From: Armatimonadota bacterium
GTDB lineage: Bacteria; Sysuimicrobiota; Sysuimicrobiia; Sysuimicrobiales; Humicultoraceae
Assembly (NCBI GenBank): GCA_016198805.1
Contig: JACQHU010000019.1
Coordinates: 1-33,555 of the forward strand
Direction: 5' to 3'
Length of the DNA: 33,555 bases
Part shown: piece by piece, positions 1 to 8,906 of the stretch
How positions within the stretch are numbered: the first letter of the stretch is position 1
How the letters are laid out: every line of letters starts with the position of its first letter
Notes under the pieces: model-generated
What the model was told of the DNA's origin: nothing
Database searches by the model: none
The model's input: only the letters and a program-made list of their open reading frames with translations
Position numbers and translations under genes: made by a program

Positions 1-102
1 GCGCTGCATGTCCTGTCGGCGCATCGCCTGTTCGTAGACCAACCGCTCGGGACTGTGGACGACGACATAGCGCGCCGGATCGGTCGGGAGGCGGACCGCG
101 CA
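1..102 (-). pseudogene. Probable internal fragment of an IS1634-family-like DDE transposase, running off the window edge
   Basis: Minus-strand reading CAVRLPTDPARYVVVHSPERLVYEQAMRRQDMQR resembles, from memory, the 'R(Y/V)(F/V)VVHSxERxxYExxxR' segment of IS1634-type transposases. No start or RBS is visible upstream, and it lies inside the predicted island end. Confidence 0.4.
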
Positions 103-149
103 CGGGGGGGCCCCAGAGGGTAGGGGGCGGTTCGATCCGGGGAACACCG

Positions 150-169
150 CTGCTAACGGCCTGCTAACG
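150..169 (+). repeat. Tandem 9-bp direct repeat CTGCTAACG x2 (11-bp period); candidate integrase arm-type sites
   Basis: CTGCTAACG at 150-158 and 161-169, about 120-135 bp from the tRNA-derived att core. Confidence 0.5.
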
Positions 170-286
170 CGCGGGGCAAGACGCGGCGGGAGGCGGTGTC
201 GCGGGGCGCGAACGCCGGGGGCGAAAACGCAGACAGGACGGGCCTTTGTGACGCGCGGCGGGACGGGGCGGGAATACCACCCCAGA

Positions 287-331
287 CTTACACGGAGGAG
301 GTCGGGGGTTCGAAACCCTCCTCGCCCACCA
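287..331 (+). mobile_element. Displaced 3' half of tRNA-Val(TAC): att site (attR-like) of an element integrated left of the window
   Basis: Reads CTTACAC (anticodon loop, TAC), GGAGG, AGGTC, GGGGG-TTCGAAA-CCCTC, CTCGCCC, A, CCA. The upstream sequence (CCAGA) cannot pair with GGAGG, and there is no D arm or 5' acceptor strand. Confidence 0.85.
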
Positions 332-381
332 TCACCTCTGGCCAGTAAGAGCCAGGCCGTCGCCTGCGAAGGAATTCATTC

Positions 382-410
382 TCGGTCCCGCTGCACTCGC
401 GGGACGATTT
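382..410 (+). terminator. Possible weak terminator/hairpin downstream of the tRNA-Val 3' end
   Basis: GTCCCGC-TGCACTC-GCGGGAC (385-405), extendable with one bulge, followed by only a short TTT. Confidence 0.35.
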
Positions 411-482
411 GAACGCGCTGCGGAGTGACCAGTAGACCCCATGCCCGACGAGAGGAAGATCAGGGCAAGGGCTGAAATGCAA

Positions 483-497
483 CCTGATTGAATCAGG
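483..497. promoter_or_regulatory. Perfect 7-1-7 palindrome upstream of chrA; candidate operator
   Basis: CCTGATT-G-AATCAGG, AT-rich relative to background, ending 14 bp before the ATG at 512. Confidence 0.4.
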
Positions 498-511
498 ATC
501 GTCGCCGCCCA

Positions 512-1699
512 ATGAGCTCCGCTGTGTCTGCCCTCGAGGTCCTGTGGGTGGTGACGCGGCTGGGCCTCACCTCGTTCGGCGGCCCCATCGCGCACCTGGG
601 GTACTTCCGTGACGAGTACGTGGCCCGGCGCCGGTGGCTGGACGACCACAGCTACGCCGACCTGGTGGCGCTGTGCCAGTTCCTTCCGGGCCCGGCGAGC
701 AGCCAGGTGGGGATCGCGATCGGCATCACCCGTGCGGGACTGCTCGGGGGCCTGACGGCCTGGCTGGGGTTTACGCTCCCCTCGGCTATCGCGATGGTGG
801 CTGTGGCCTACGGAATCCAAGCCGCCGGCGTCGCGGACGCGGGGTGGCTGCGGGGTCTGAAGATCGTGGCGGTCGCCGTCGTGGCGCACGCGCTCGCCGG
901 TATGGCGCGATCGCTCACCCCCGACCGGGCGCGCGCCAGCATCGGCCTCCTGGCCGCGCTGGTCGTCCTGCTCTGGCCCGGGGCCGCCACGCAGGTGCTC
1001 GTCATCGCCGCCGGAGGCCTCATCGGGTGGCTGCTCCTGCCGCCGGCCGAGGCGTCGCCCGGCCTGCGCCTGAAGGTGCCGATCAGCCGGCCTGCAGCGA
1101 TCACCGCCTCTGTCGCTTTCCTCATCCTGCTGGGCGGGCTGCCCTTGGTGCGGCAGGCCGTCTCTGCCCACGCCCTGGCAGTCTTCGACAGCTTCTACCG
1201 CGTGGGCTCGCTCATCTTCGGGGGCGGGCACGTGGTGCTTCCGCTGCTGCAGGGCGAGGTCGTTCGGCCTGGATGGGTCTCCAACGAGGCCTTTGTAGCG
1301 GGATATGGGGCGGCGCAGGCCGTGCCCGGCCCGCTCTTCACCTTCGCGGCCTACCTGGGCGCGGTGATGGAGCCCGGACCCAACGGGGTGGCAGGCGCCG
1401 CACTGGCGCTCGTCGCCATCTTCCTCCCCTCGTTCCTGCTGGTGATCGGCGTGCTCCCGTTCTGGAACGGGCTGCGCGAACAGCCCGCTGTGCGCTCCGC
1501 CTTGCGCGGCATCAACGCGACGGTGGTGGGCCTCCTCCTGGCCGCCCTCTACCACCCTGTTTGGACCAGTGCCATCCGGACCCCGACCGACTTCGCCCTG
1601 GCGCTGGTGGCGTTCGGGATGCTCGCGCTGTGGAGGCTTCCGTCCTGGCTGGTCGTGATCTTCACGGCGGCGGCGGCCGCCGCGCTCGCCGTGCGATGA
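512..1699 (+). CDS. chrA: Long-chain chromate ion transporter (CHR family)
   Basis: LGLTSFGGPIAHLGYF, LCQFLPGPASSQ, GSLIFGGGHVVLPLL and AQAVPGPLFT motifs; two homologous membrane halves; 395 aa from ATG 512. Confidence 0.93.
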   Translation: MSSAVSALEVLWVVTRLGLTSFGGPIAHLGYFRDEYVARRRWLDDHSYADLVALCQFLPGPASSQVGIAIGITRAGLLGGLTAWLGFTLPSAIAMVAVAYGIQAAGVADAGWLRGLKIVAVAVVAHALAGMARSLTPDRARASIGLLAALVVLLWPGAATQVLVIAAGGLIGWLLLPPAEASPGLRLKVPISRPAAITASVAFLILLGGLPLVRQAVSAHALAVFDSFYRVGSLIFGGGHVVLPLLQGEVVRPGWVSNEAFVAGYGAAQAVPGPLFTFAAYLGAVMEPGPNGVAGAALALVAIFLPSFLLVIGVLPFWNGLREQPAVRSALRGINATVVGLLLAALYHPVWTSAIRTPTDFALALVAFGMLALWRLPSWLVVIFTAAAAAALAVR

Positions 1700-1894
1700 C
1701 CGCTGATCTCGTCTCGTGCTGCGAGCGGCGCAGCCCAACGGAAGCGGTTGCGGCAGCAGAAGGACGTCTCCCGCCAACGCGGGGATCAACGCGGACTGGT
1801 GGCTACTGGCATTTGTCCCTGCGGGCGGCTTCGTGCTGTGGCGCCAACGCCAGGAAGGCCGCGGCAGCGGCGGCAGCGAAGGAAGGCCCCGGGT

Positions 1895-4201
1895 ATGACG
1901 GTTGCGGTGCTTTCCGGCTTTGTCCTTGCGCTGGCCGCGCCGTGGCTTGTGAGAGCCACGGGCAGGGCCGCAGGATGGGTCACCGCCCTCCTCCCGCTGG
2001 CACTGACGGTGTACTTCGGGAGCCTGCTCGGCCAGATCGGAGCAGGTGACGCTCTGAACGTCACGCATTCCTGGATCCCGGCCCTCGGCATGCAGTTCTC
2101 TCTCTATCTGGACGGGTTGGGTCTCCTGTTCGCGCTGCTGATCTGCGGGATCGGCACGCTGATCTTCATCTACTCGGGCGGATACCTGCCGAATGATCCG
2201 CACCTCGGCCGGTTCCTCAGCATGCTCCTGCTCTTCATGGGCGCCATGCTGGGCCTCGTCCTCGCCGATAATGTCATCGTGCTCTTCGTGTTCTGGGAAC
2301 TCACCAGCATCAGCTCCTACTTCCTGATCGGCTTCCAGCACTCCCGGCCCGAGGCCCGGGCCGCGGCGCTCCAGGCCCTGCTGGTCACAGGTGTCGGCGG
2401 CGTGGCGCTGTTGCTGGGAGTGCTCCTGTTGGGCCAGGTCGGCGGGAGCCTGGAACTCTCCACCCTCCTGGGTCGGGGAAACGAGATCCGCGCCCATCCC
2501 CTCTACCTCCCGATCCTGGTGCTGGTGCTGCTGGGCGCCTTCACGAAGTCCGCGCAGGTCCCGTTTCACTTCTGGCTCCCGGCCGCCATGGAAGCGCCGA
2601 CACCCGTCAGCGCCTACCTGCATTCCGCTACGATGGTCAAGGCCGGCGTGTATCTGCTGGCCAGAATGAGCCCGATCCTCGGTGGTACCGACCCGTGGGT
2701 GGCCCTTGTCACCACTGTGGGCGCCGTGACGATGCTGGCGGGCGGGACCCTCGCGCTGCTGCGCACAGACCTGAAGCAGATTCTCGCGTACACCACGGTC
2801 GCGGCGCTGGGCACCCTCACCATGCTGCTGGGCATGGGGACAGCCGATGCCGCCAGAGCCTGCATGACATTCCTGCTCGCCCACGCGTTCTACAAGGGCG
2901 CCCTCTTTCTGGGGGCCGGCAGCCTGGAGCACGGGGCCGGCTCCCGTGATGTGGATCATCTCGGCGGCCTGTGGCGGACGATGCCGCTCACCACCGCGGC
3001 CGCGGGCCTGGCCGCGCTGGCGCTGGCCGGATTCGGGCCCGTGTTGAGTTTCATCGGCAAAGAACTCCTGCTGGAAGCCGTGCTCGCACAGTCACCGACA
3101 CGGGCCCTGCTGGCTCCTGCAGTACTTGCCGGCTCAGCGCTGTCGGTCGCGGCGGCGGCGATCGTTGGCCTCCGCCCGTTCGCAGGCACGAGGCCCGATG
3201 AGCTGTCAGACGCCCAGGAGGCGCCCGCCAGCCTGTGGCTCGGGCCGGTCGTGCTGGCCGCGGGCGGCGTGGTCCTGGGCCTGCGGCCGGAGATCCTGGC
3301 CGAGCCGATCGTGACAGCGTCTGCCGCATCGGTGCTGACCCGGCGCGAGGTCGCGGACCTGGCCCTCTGGCATGGGCCGAACCCGGCCCTGGCGTTCAGC
3401 GGCGCGTCGCTGGTGCTCGGTCTGCTGGTCTATCGCGCCTGGCCCACGATCCGCCGGAGCGCTGCGGCCCGCACGTGGTGGCTGAGCTGGGGGGGGCCGT
3501 CCCGCTGGTATGAACTGGGGCTTCAGGCGCTTTCCTGGCTCGCGGAGAGTCAGACGCGGCTGCTGCAGAGCGGGTATCTGCGATTGTACCTGATCATGAT
3601 CCTGATCACCGCCAACGGGCTGGCCGCTTATGCGCTGCTGGCACGTGTCCGATGGCAGCCGATTGTGTTGCAGCCAGCCGTGCAGCTCCACGACGCGTTC
3701 ATCGGCGCTCTCATCTTGCTTGGAGCCCTGGCGGCGGCGGGGTCCGCGTCACGCCTCGGCGCGGTGGCCGCCCTGGGGGTCGTTGGCGCAGGCATCTCCC
3801 TGGTTTACATCTCGTTCGGGGCGCCGGATCTGGCGATGACGCAGTTCCTGGTCGAGGCCTTCACCGTGATCCTGCTGGTGCTGGCGTTCTATCACCTGCC
3901 CAGGTTCGCCCGGTTGTCGGGGCGGACCGCCCGGCTTCGCGACGTCGTTATCGCTGGCGTCTCAGGGACGCTGGTGGCGGCCCTGGTACTCCTGACCACC
4001 ACGGCCCGCAGGGACTCCAGGATTGCGGAGTACTTCGCCGAGCACAGCGTCGCGGCCGCGCACGGTCGAAACATCGTCAACGTCATCCTGGTGGACTTCC
4101 GCAGTCTCGATACGCTGGGCGAGATTACGGTCCTGGCGACGGCGGCCATTGGGGTGTACGTTCTGCTGCGCCTCCGGCCTGAGAAAGGAAGCACACCGTG
4201 A
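1895..4201 (+). CDS. mrpA: Mrp Na+/H+ antiporter subunit A
   Basis: [49 protein letters not shown] and C-terminal [23 protein letters not shown]; ATG 1895; 768 aa. Confidence 0.95.
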   Translation: MTVAVLSGFVLALAAPWLVRATGRAAGWVTALLPLALTVYFGSLLGQIGAGDALNVTHSWIPALGMQFSLYLDGLGLLFALLICGIGTLIFIYSGGYLPNDPHLGRFLSMLLLFMGAMLGLVLADNVIVLFVFWELTSISSYFLIGFQHSRPEARAAALQALLVTGVGGVALLLGVLLLGQVGGSLELSTLLGRGNEIRAHPLYLPILVLVLLGAFTKSAQVPFHFWLPAAMEAPTPVSAYLHSATMVKAGVYLLARMSPILGGTDPWVALVTTVGAVTMLAGGTLALLRTDLKQILAYTTVAALGTLTMLLGMGTADAARACMTFLLAHAFYKGALFLGAGSLEHGAGSRDVDHLGGLWRTMPLTTAAAGLAALALAGFGPVLSFIGKELLLEAVLAQSPTRALLAPAVLAGSALSVAAAAIVGLRPFAGTRPDELSDAQEAPASLWLGPVVLAAGGVVLGLRPEILAEPIVTASAASVLTRREVADLALWHGPNPALAFSGASLVLGLLVYRAWPTIRRSAAARTWWLSWGGPSRWYELGLQALSWLAESQTRLLQSGYLRLYLIMILITANGLAAYALLARVRWQPIVLQPAVQLHDAFIGALILLGALAAAGSASRLGAVAALGVVGAGISLVYISFGAPDLAMTQFLVEAFTVILLVLAFYHLPRFARLSGRTARLRDVVIAGVSGTLVAALVLLTTTARRDSRIAEYFAEHSVAAAHGRNIVNVILVDFRSLDTLGEITVLATAAIGVYVLLRLRPEKGSTP

Positions 4202-4614
4202 GATCGCTGATCCTGCGCACCGCCGCGCGCCTCCTCCTCCCATTGCTGCTGCTGTTCTCGGTCTTCCTGCTCATCCGCGGCCACAATGAGCCCGGGGGCG
4301 GCTTCGCGGCCGGTCTCGTCGCCTCCGCAGCCTTCGCGCTACACGCGTTTGCTGAGGGCCTCCCGCAGACGCGGCGGATGATCCGGGTCGATCCGATCTC
4401 GCTCCTTGGCGCCGGCCTGCTCGTGACAGCCGCCGGCGGGGTTGCCGGCGTGCTGGCCGGTCAGCCCTTTCTCACCGGCCAGTGGGTGTCGCTGGCACCG
4501 GTGGGTCTGGGGCACGTGGACATCGGAACGCCGGTGGTGTTTGATGTCGGCGTCTACCTCGTCGTGGTCGGGGCGGTCCTGACGATCATCTTCACGATCA
4601 TGGAGGAAGCCTGA
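4198..4614 (+). CDS. mrpB: Mrp antiporter subunit B
   Basis: [10 protein letters not shown] and [11 protein letters not shown] motifs; GTGA overlap with mrpA. Confidence 0.95.
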   Translation: MRSLILRTAARLLLPLLLLFSVFLLIRGHNEPGGGFAAGLVASAAFALHAFAEGLPQTRRMIRVDPISLLGAGLLVTAAGGVAGVLAGQPFLTGQWVSLAPVGLGHVDIGTPVVFDVGVYLVVVGAVLTIIFTIMEEA

Positions 4615-4615
4615 G

Positions 4616-4963
4616 ATGCCGCTGCTTCTGGCCGTCGTTATCGGAGGCCTCTACGCCACAGCCCTGTATCTCATCCTCCGGCGCAGCATCGTGAAGCTCC
4701 TCATCGGTCTGGCCCTGTTGACCAATGCGGCGAATCTGCTGATCTTTACCTCGGCGGGATTGACCCGTGCCACAGCCCCGATCGTCCCTCTGGGCAGCGA
4801 CCGCCCCCCTGCGCCCTTTGCCGATCCGCTGGCGCAGGCGATGATCCTGACCGCGATCGTCATCGGCTTCGGCGTGCTGGCGTTCATGGTCGTGCTCGTC
4901 CATCGCGCCGTCCAGGCCGTCGGGACCGACGACCTAGACGACTTGAAGGCGACCGATACATGA
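4616..4963 (+). CDS. mrpC: Mrp antiporter subunit C
   Basis: [17 protein letters not shown] motif; three TM segments. Confidence 0.95.
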   Translation: MPLLLAVVIGGLYATALYLILRRSIVKLLIGLALLTNAANLLIFTSAGLTRATAPIVPLGSDRPPAPFADPLAQAMILTAIVIGFGVLAFMVVLVHRAVQAVGTDDLDDLKATDT

Positions 4964-6477
4964 ATCTGTTCCTGCTCGGAACGCTGCTGGTCCCGCTGCT
5001 GACGGGCATCGCGTGCCTCCTGGCCTGGCGCCGGCGGACGACTCAGCGCGGTTTGGGCCTGGCCGGGGCGACGGCGCACTTTGGCGCGACGCTCGGCCTG
5101 CTGTGGACGGTCGCCTCAGACGGTATTCAGACCGCCCAGATCGGCGCCTGGCCGGCACCCTTTGGCATCACGATCGTCGCGGATCTGTTCAGCGCGATCA
5201 TGGCCGTCGTGGCCGGCATGATGGGGCTGGCCGTCACCGTCTACTCGCTGGGGAGCATGGACGCCCGGCGCGAGGAGTACGGGTACTACCCGCTGTTCCA
5301 CGTGCTGCTGCTGGGCGTCAGCGGCGCGTTTCTCGCAGGGGATATTTTTAACCTGTATGTCTGGTTCGAAGTCATGCTCATTGCATCGTTCGCGCTGCTT
5401 GTGCTCGGCGGGGAACGAGCCCAGATCGAGGGAGCGATCAAGTACGTCACGCTGAACCTCATCTCGTCAGCCTTCTTCCTGACAGCGGTCGGCATTCTCT
5501 ATGGCATGACCGGGACGCTCAATATGGCCGACCTGGCCCGCGCGCTGAGCCGGACCGCGGCGCCCGGGTTGGTCACCACGGTCGGCCTGCTGTTCTTGGT
5601 CGCCTTTGGCATCAAGGCCGCGACGTTTCCGCTGTTCTTCTGGCTGCCTGCCTCCTATCACACGCCGCCGGTTGCCACCTCCGCCATCTTCGCGGGCCTG
5701 CTCACCAAGGTCGGGGTCTACGCGCTGATTCGGGTCTTCACGTTGCTGTTCGTGCAGGATCCGGGTTTCATCCACACGCTCATCCTGGTGATCGCGGGGC
5801 TGACGATGGCCACCGGTGTCCTGGGCGCCGTCGCCCAGAACGAGTTCCGGCGGATCCTGGCGTTCCACATTGTCAGCCAGATCGGCTACATGATCATGGG
5901 GCTGGGCCTGTTTACGCCGCTCGGCCTGGCGGGCTCGATCTTCTACATCACCCATCACATCATCGTGAAGACGAACCTCTTCCTCATCAGCGGAATCGCC
6001 TACCGCTTGCGTGGGACATACGTCCTGAAAGACCTGGGCGGGCTGTACCGGACGCAGCCCGCGCTCGCGCTGCTGTTCCTGGTGCCCGCGTTTTCCCTGG
6101 CCGGCGTTCCACCGCTCTCCGGGTTTGCAGCGAAGCTCTCCCTGGTCCAGGCCGGGCTCGCCGGACAGCAGTACGCCGTCGTGGCGACGGCTCTGGCCGT
6201 GGGCCTGCTGACCCTGTTCTCGATGACCAAAATCTGGGCCGAAGCCTTTTGGAAGGGCGACACCGGCGAATCGGCCGCCACGCCGCGTCCAGGGAGTGCC
6301 GCCGGAGTGCGGCCGCGGGGGCTGACGAGCATGTTCATGCCCGTCGTCGTGCTCGCGGCCGTGACGGTCGCCATCGGGCTCGCCGCGCAGCCGCTCTTCA
6401 CCCTGACGTGGCGCGCCGCCGAGCAGCTGCTCGACCCCACCGCCTACATCAACGCCGTGCTGGGGAGCCCCCGATGA
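4960..6477 (+). CDS. mrpD: Mrp antiporter subunit D
   Basis: [40 protein letters not shown] and [11 protein letters not shown] motifs. Confidence 0.95.
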   Translation: MNLFLLGTLLVPLLTGIACLLAWRRRTTQRGLGLAGATAHFGATLGLLWTVASDGIQTAQIGAWPAPFGITIVADLFSAIMAVVAGMMGLAVTVYSLGSMDARREEYGYYPLFHVLLLGVSGAFLAGDIFNLYVWFEVMLIASFALLVLGGERAQIEGAIKYVTLNLISSAFFLTAVGILYGMTGTLNMADLARALSRTAAPGLVTTVGLLFLVAFGIKAATFPLFFWLPASYHTPPVATSAIFAGLLTKVGVYALIRVFTLLFVQDPGFIHTLILVIAGLTMATGVLGAVAQNEFRRILAFHIVSQIGYMIMGLGLFTPLGLAGSIFYITHHIIVKTNLFLISGIAYRLRGTYVLKDLGGLYRTQPALALLFLVPAFSLAGVPPLSGFAAKLSLVQAGLAGQQYAVVATALAVGLLTLFSMTKIWAEAFWKGDTGESAATPRPGSAAGVRPRGLTSMFMPVVVLAAVTVAIGLAAQPLFTLTWRAAEQLLDPTAYINAVLGSPR

Positions 6478-6944
6478 GGGTATTTCTCTGGAACCTTCTG
6501 CTCGCCCTGACCTGGACCGCGGTCACGGGACGGTTCACCCTGAGCAACCTGGCCCTGGGGTTTGCGCTCGGCTACCTGGCCCTGCGGTTCTCGGGCCTGG
6601 TGGGACGCGCCGCCTACGGGAGCAGGATCCGCCGCGTGATCGAGTTCCTGCTCTTCTACTTCTGGGAACTCCTGCTGGCGAACCTGCGGGTAGCCTACGA
6701 CGTGCTCACGCCGCGCCACCACATGAGGCCGGGGATCCTTGCCATTCCGCTGGATGCCCGGACCGACGGAGAGATCGCCATTCTTGCCAACCTGATCACG
6801 CTGACGCCGGGGACGCTCAGCCTGGACGTCTCAGACGACCGGCAGGTCCTGTATATCCACGCCACGTACGTCGACGAGGTGGAAGCGTTCCGCCAGCGGC
6901 TGAAAGAGAAGCTGGAACGCCGGGTGCTGGAGGTGACCCGATGA
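6474..6944 (+). CDS. mrpE: Mrp antiporter subunit E
   Basis: [17 protein letters not shown] motif; ATGA overlap with the mrpD stop, so the start is 6474 rather than 6249. Confidence 0.93.
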   Translation: MRVFLWNLLLALTWTAVTGRFTLSNLALGFALGYLALRFSGLVGRAAYGSRIRRVIEFLLFYFWELLLANLRVAYDVLTPRHHMRPGILAIPLDARTDGEIAILANLITLTPGTLSLDVSDDRQVLYIHATYVDEVEAFRQRLKEKLERRVLEVTR

Positions 6945-7225
6945 GCGGGACGGGACCCCTGCTGGCCGCGGTGTCCAACGTGGTGCTCGCCATGCTGACA
7001 TCCACCCTCCTCCTGGCCCTTGTGCGACTCGTCCGGGGGCCCAGCCTCCCCGACCGGGTTGTGGCCCTGGACCTGATCGCGTTGACCGTGGTGGGCTTCG
7101 TGGCCGTCTATGAGATACGAACTGCACAGCCTGTCTTGCTTGACGCGGCCATCGTGCTGGCGCTCATCGGCTTCCTCAGCACGGTGGCCTTCGCCCGGTA
7201 TCTCGAACGGGGAGCCAGGCGATGA
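6941..7225 (+). CDS. mrpF: Mrp antiporter subunit F
   Basis: RGPSLPDRVVALD and FLSTVAFARYL motifs. Confidence 0.95.
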   Translation: MSGTGPLLAAVSNVVLAMLTSTLLLALVRLVRGPSLPDRVVALDLIALTVVGFVAVYEIRTAQPVLLDAAIVLALIGFLSTVAFARYLERGARR

Positions 7226-7614
7226 CCGAATGGGTGACGGCGCTGCTGTTGCTCCTGGGCGGCGCATTCATCTTGCTGGCCGGCATCGGCATCCTTCGGA
7301 TGCCTGACGTGTACACGCGGATGCAGCCGGCCACGAAGGCCGCGACGCTCGGCGTTGGATGCCTGCTCCTGGCCGTCGCCGTGCATTTCGACGACCTGGG
7401 TATCCGGACGCGCGCGCTGGCGGCGATCGCCTTCGTGCTGCTCACGGCGCCGGTGGCGGCTCATATGATCGGCAGGGCCGCCTACATCGTCGGTGTCCCG
7501 CTGTGGGAAGGAACCATCGTAGACGAACTGCGAGGACAATACGACGTGCGGGCGGGGGTGCTGAGGAGCCGGGCCACGCGTGGCTCCGGGACCCCGGCGG
7601 CTGGGGGAGAATGA
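7222..7614 (+). CDS. mrpG: Mrp antiporter subunit G
   Basis: RMPDVYTRMQPATKAATLG and LTAPVAAHMIGRAAY motifs. Confidence 0.95.
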   Translation: MTEWVTALLLLLGGAFILLAGIGILRMPDVYTRMQPATKAATLGVGCLLLAVAVHFDDLGIRTRALAAIAFVLLTAPVAAHMIGRAAYIVGVPLWEGTIVDELRGQYDVRAGVLRSRATRGSGTPAAGGE

Positions 7615-7690
7615 GAAGGCAGGCCATGCTGGCTGTCAGGGCTTCTCTGGGGCGCTCCGTGCCTGAGCGTGCATCCCGGAGGGTGTTGCC

Positions 7691-8776
7691 ATGAGGTGGG
7701 CCTGGAAACTGGGGGAAGTCGTCGGCATCGCCGTCTATGTCCATGCCACGTTCCTGATTCTCATCGGGTGGATCGCGCTCATCTACTGGACCCAGGCGCG
7801 TGAGCTGGGCGCGGTGGTCGCAGGCGTCGGGTTCATCGTGGCGATCTTCGGCTGCGTGGTGCTCCACGAGTTGGGCCATGCCCTCATGGCCATGACCTAC
7901 GGGATCAAGACGCGTGATATCACCCTGTTGCCGATCGGCGGTGTGGCGCGGCTCGAGCGGATGCCCGACGAACCGGCGCAGGAGCTCTGGGTGGCGCTCG
8001 CCGGGCCTGCCGTCAATGTCGCCATCGCGCTGGTGCTGCTGGCCTGGATGCAGCTGACCGCCGGGCTGGAGCCGATCAGCCGCCTCACCATCACGCAGGG
8101 GCCCTTCCTGGAACGGCTGATGATCGTCAATATCTTCCTGGCCGCGTTCAACCTGCTCCCGGCGTTCCCCATGGACGGCGGGCGGGTCGTGCGCGCCCTG
8201 CTGGCGATGCGGATGGACTATACGCGGGCGACGCAGGTGGCCGCCGCCCTGGGGCAGGGCATGGCGCTCCTGTTCGGATTCCTGGGACTGCTCATCAACC
8301 CGTTCCTGCTGTTCATCGCGCTCTTCGTCTGGATCGGCGCCACCCAGGAGGCGAGCCTGGTGCAGATGAAGTCCGCCCTCAGCGGGATTCCGGTTGGCCG
8401 GGCGATGATCACGGAGTTCCGCGTGCTCGCTCCTGAGGATCTCCTGCGGCAGGCGATCGATCTGTTGCTGGCGGGGACCCAGCAGGATTTCCCGGTGCTC
8501 GAAGACGCGCGGGTCGTAGGCGTGCTGACGCGCAGCGACCTGCTGGTGGCCCTGGCGCAGCGCGGGCAAGAGGCACGCGTGGCCGATGTGATGCAGCGGG
8601 AGTTCATGGTCGCAGACCCCCACGAGATGCTGGAAGCGGCATTCATCCGGATGCAGGGCTGCGCGTGCCACACGCTGCCGGTGATCCGAGGGGGCCGGCT
8701 TGTCGGATTGATTACCATGGAAAACGTCGGCGAGTTCGTGGCGGTCCAGGCCGCGCTGGGTGCCGTAAAAGGCTGA
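7691..8776 (+). CDS. Site-2 protease (peptidase M50) with C-terminal CBS domain pair
   Basis: HELGH (HExxH), AGPAVN and FNLLPAFPMDGG motifs; two CBS-like repeats; GGAGG upstream. Confidence 0.93.
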   Translation: MRWAWKLGEVVGIAVYVHATFLILIGWIALIYWTQARELGAVVAGVGFIVAIFGCVVLHELGHALMAMTYGIKTRDITLLPIGGVARLERMPDEPAQELWVALAGPAVNVAIALVLLAWMQLTAGLEPISRLTITQGPFLERLMIVNIFLAAFNLLPAFPMDGGRVVRALLAMRMDYTRATQVAAALGQGMALLFGFLGLLINPFLLFIALFVWIGATQEASLVQMKSALSGIPVGRAMITEFRVLAPEDLLRQAIDLLLAGTQQDFPVLEDARVVGVLTRSDLLVALAQRGQEARVADVMQREFMVADPHEMLEAAFIRMQGCACHTLPVIRGGRLVGLITMENVGEFVAVQAALGAVKG

Positions 8777-8906
8777 GGGTCAGTAGCGCAGCCGCGCGCC
8801 CACGCCGCCCACCGCAGCTGATGCGGGATCCCCCGACGGCTCAGGGCCTCGGCAGCCTGTCGGACGAGCCCTTCGCCGGCCGCCAGCCGCCTGGTTCTGA
8901 AAGCGA

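Noticed and set aside
123-150. GGCGGTTCGATCCG resembling a second tRNA T-arm
   Set aside because: The flanks do not form a 5-bp T-stem, and no acceptor strand or CCA follows.
255-331. Intact, intron-split or permuted tRNA-Val
   Set aside because: No 5' acceptor strand, D arm or 5' anticodon stem is found on either side. The whole anticodon loop is present and is not preceded by the terminal G expected of a group I intron.
1700-1894. Na+/Li+ riboswitch upstream of mrpA
   Set aside because: Only short generic GC hairpins are visible, and I could not recognise the conserved motifs. An Rfam/Infernal scan would be needed to exclude it.
332-2959. 875-aa minus-strand ORF, and other long antisense ORFs such as 7442-8671, 10452-12050, 19379-21004, 22784-24673 and 24721-26436
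   Set aside because: These are shadow frames opposite well-supported genes. High GC suppresses stop codons, and the products have no recognisable motifs.
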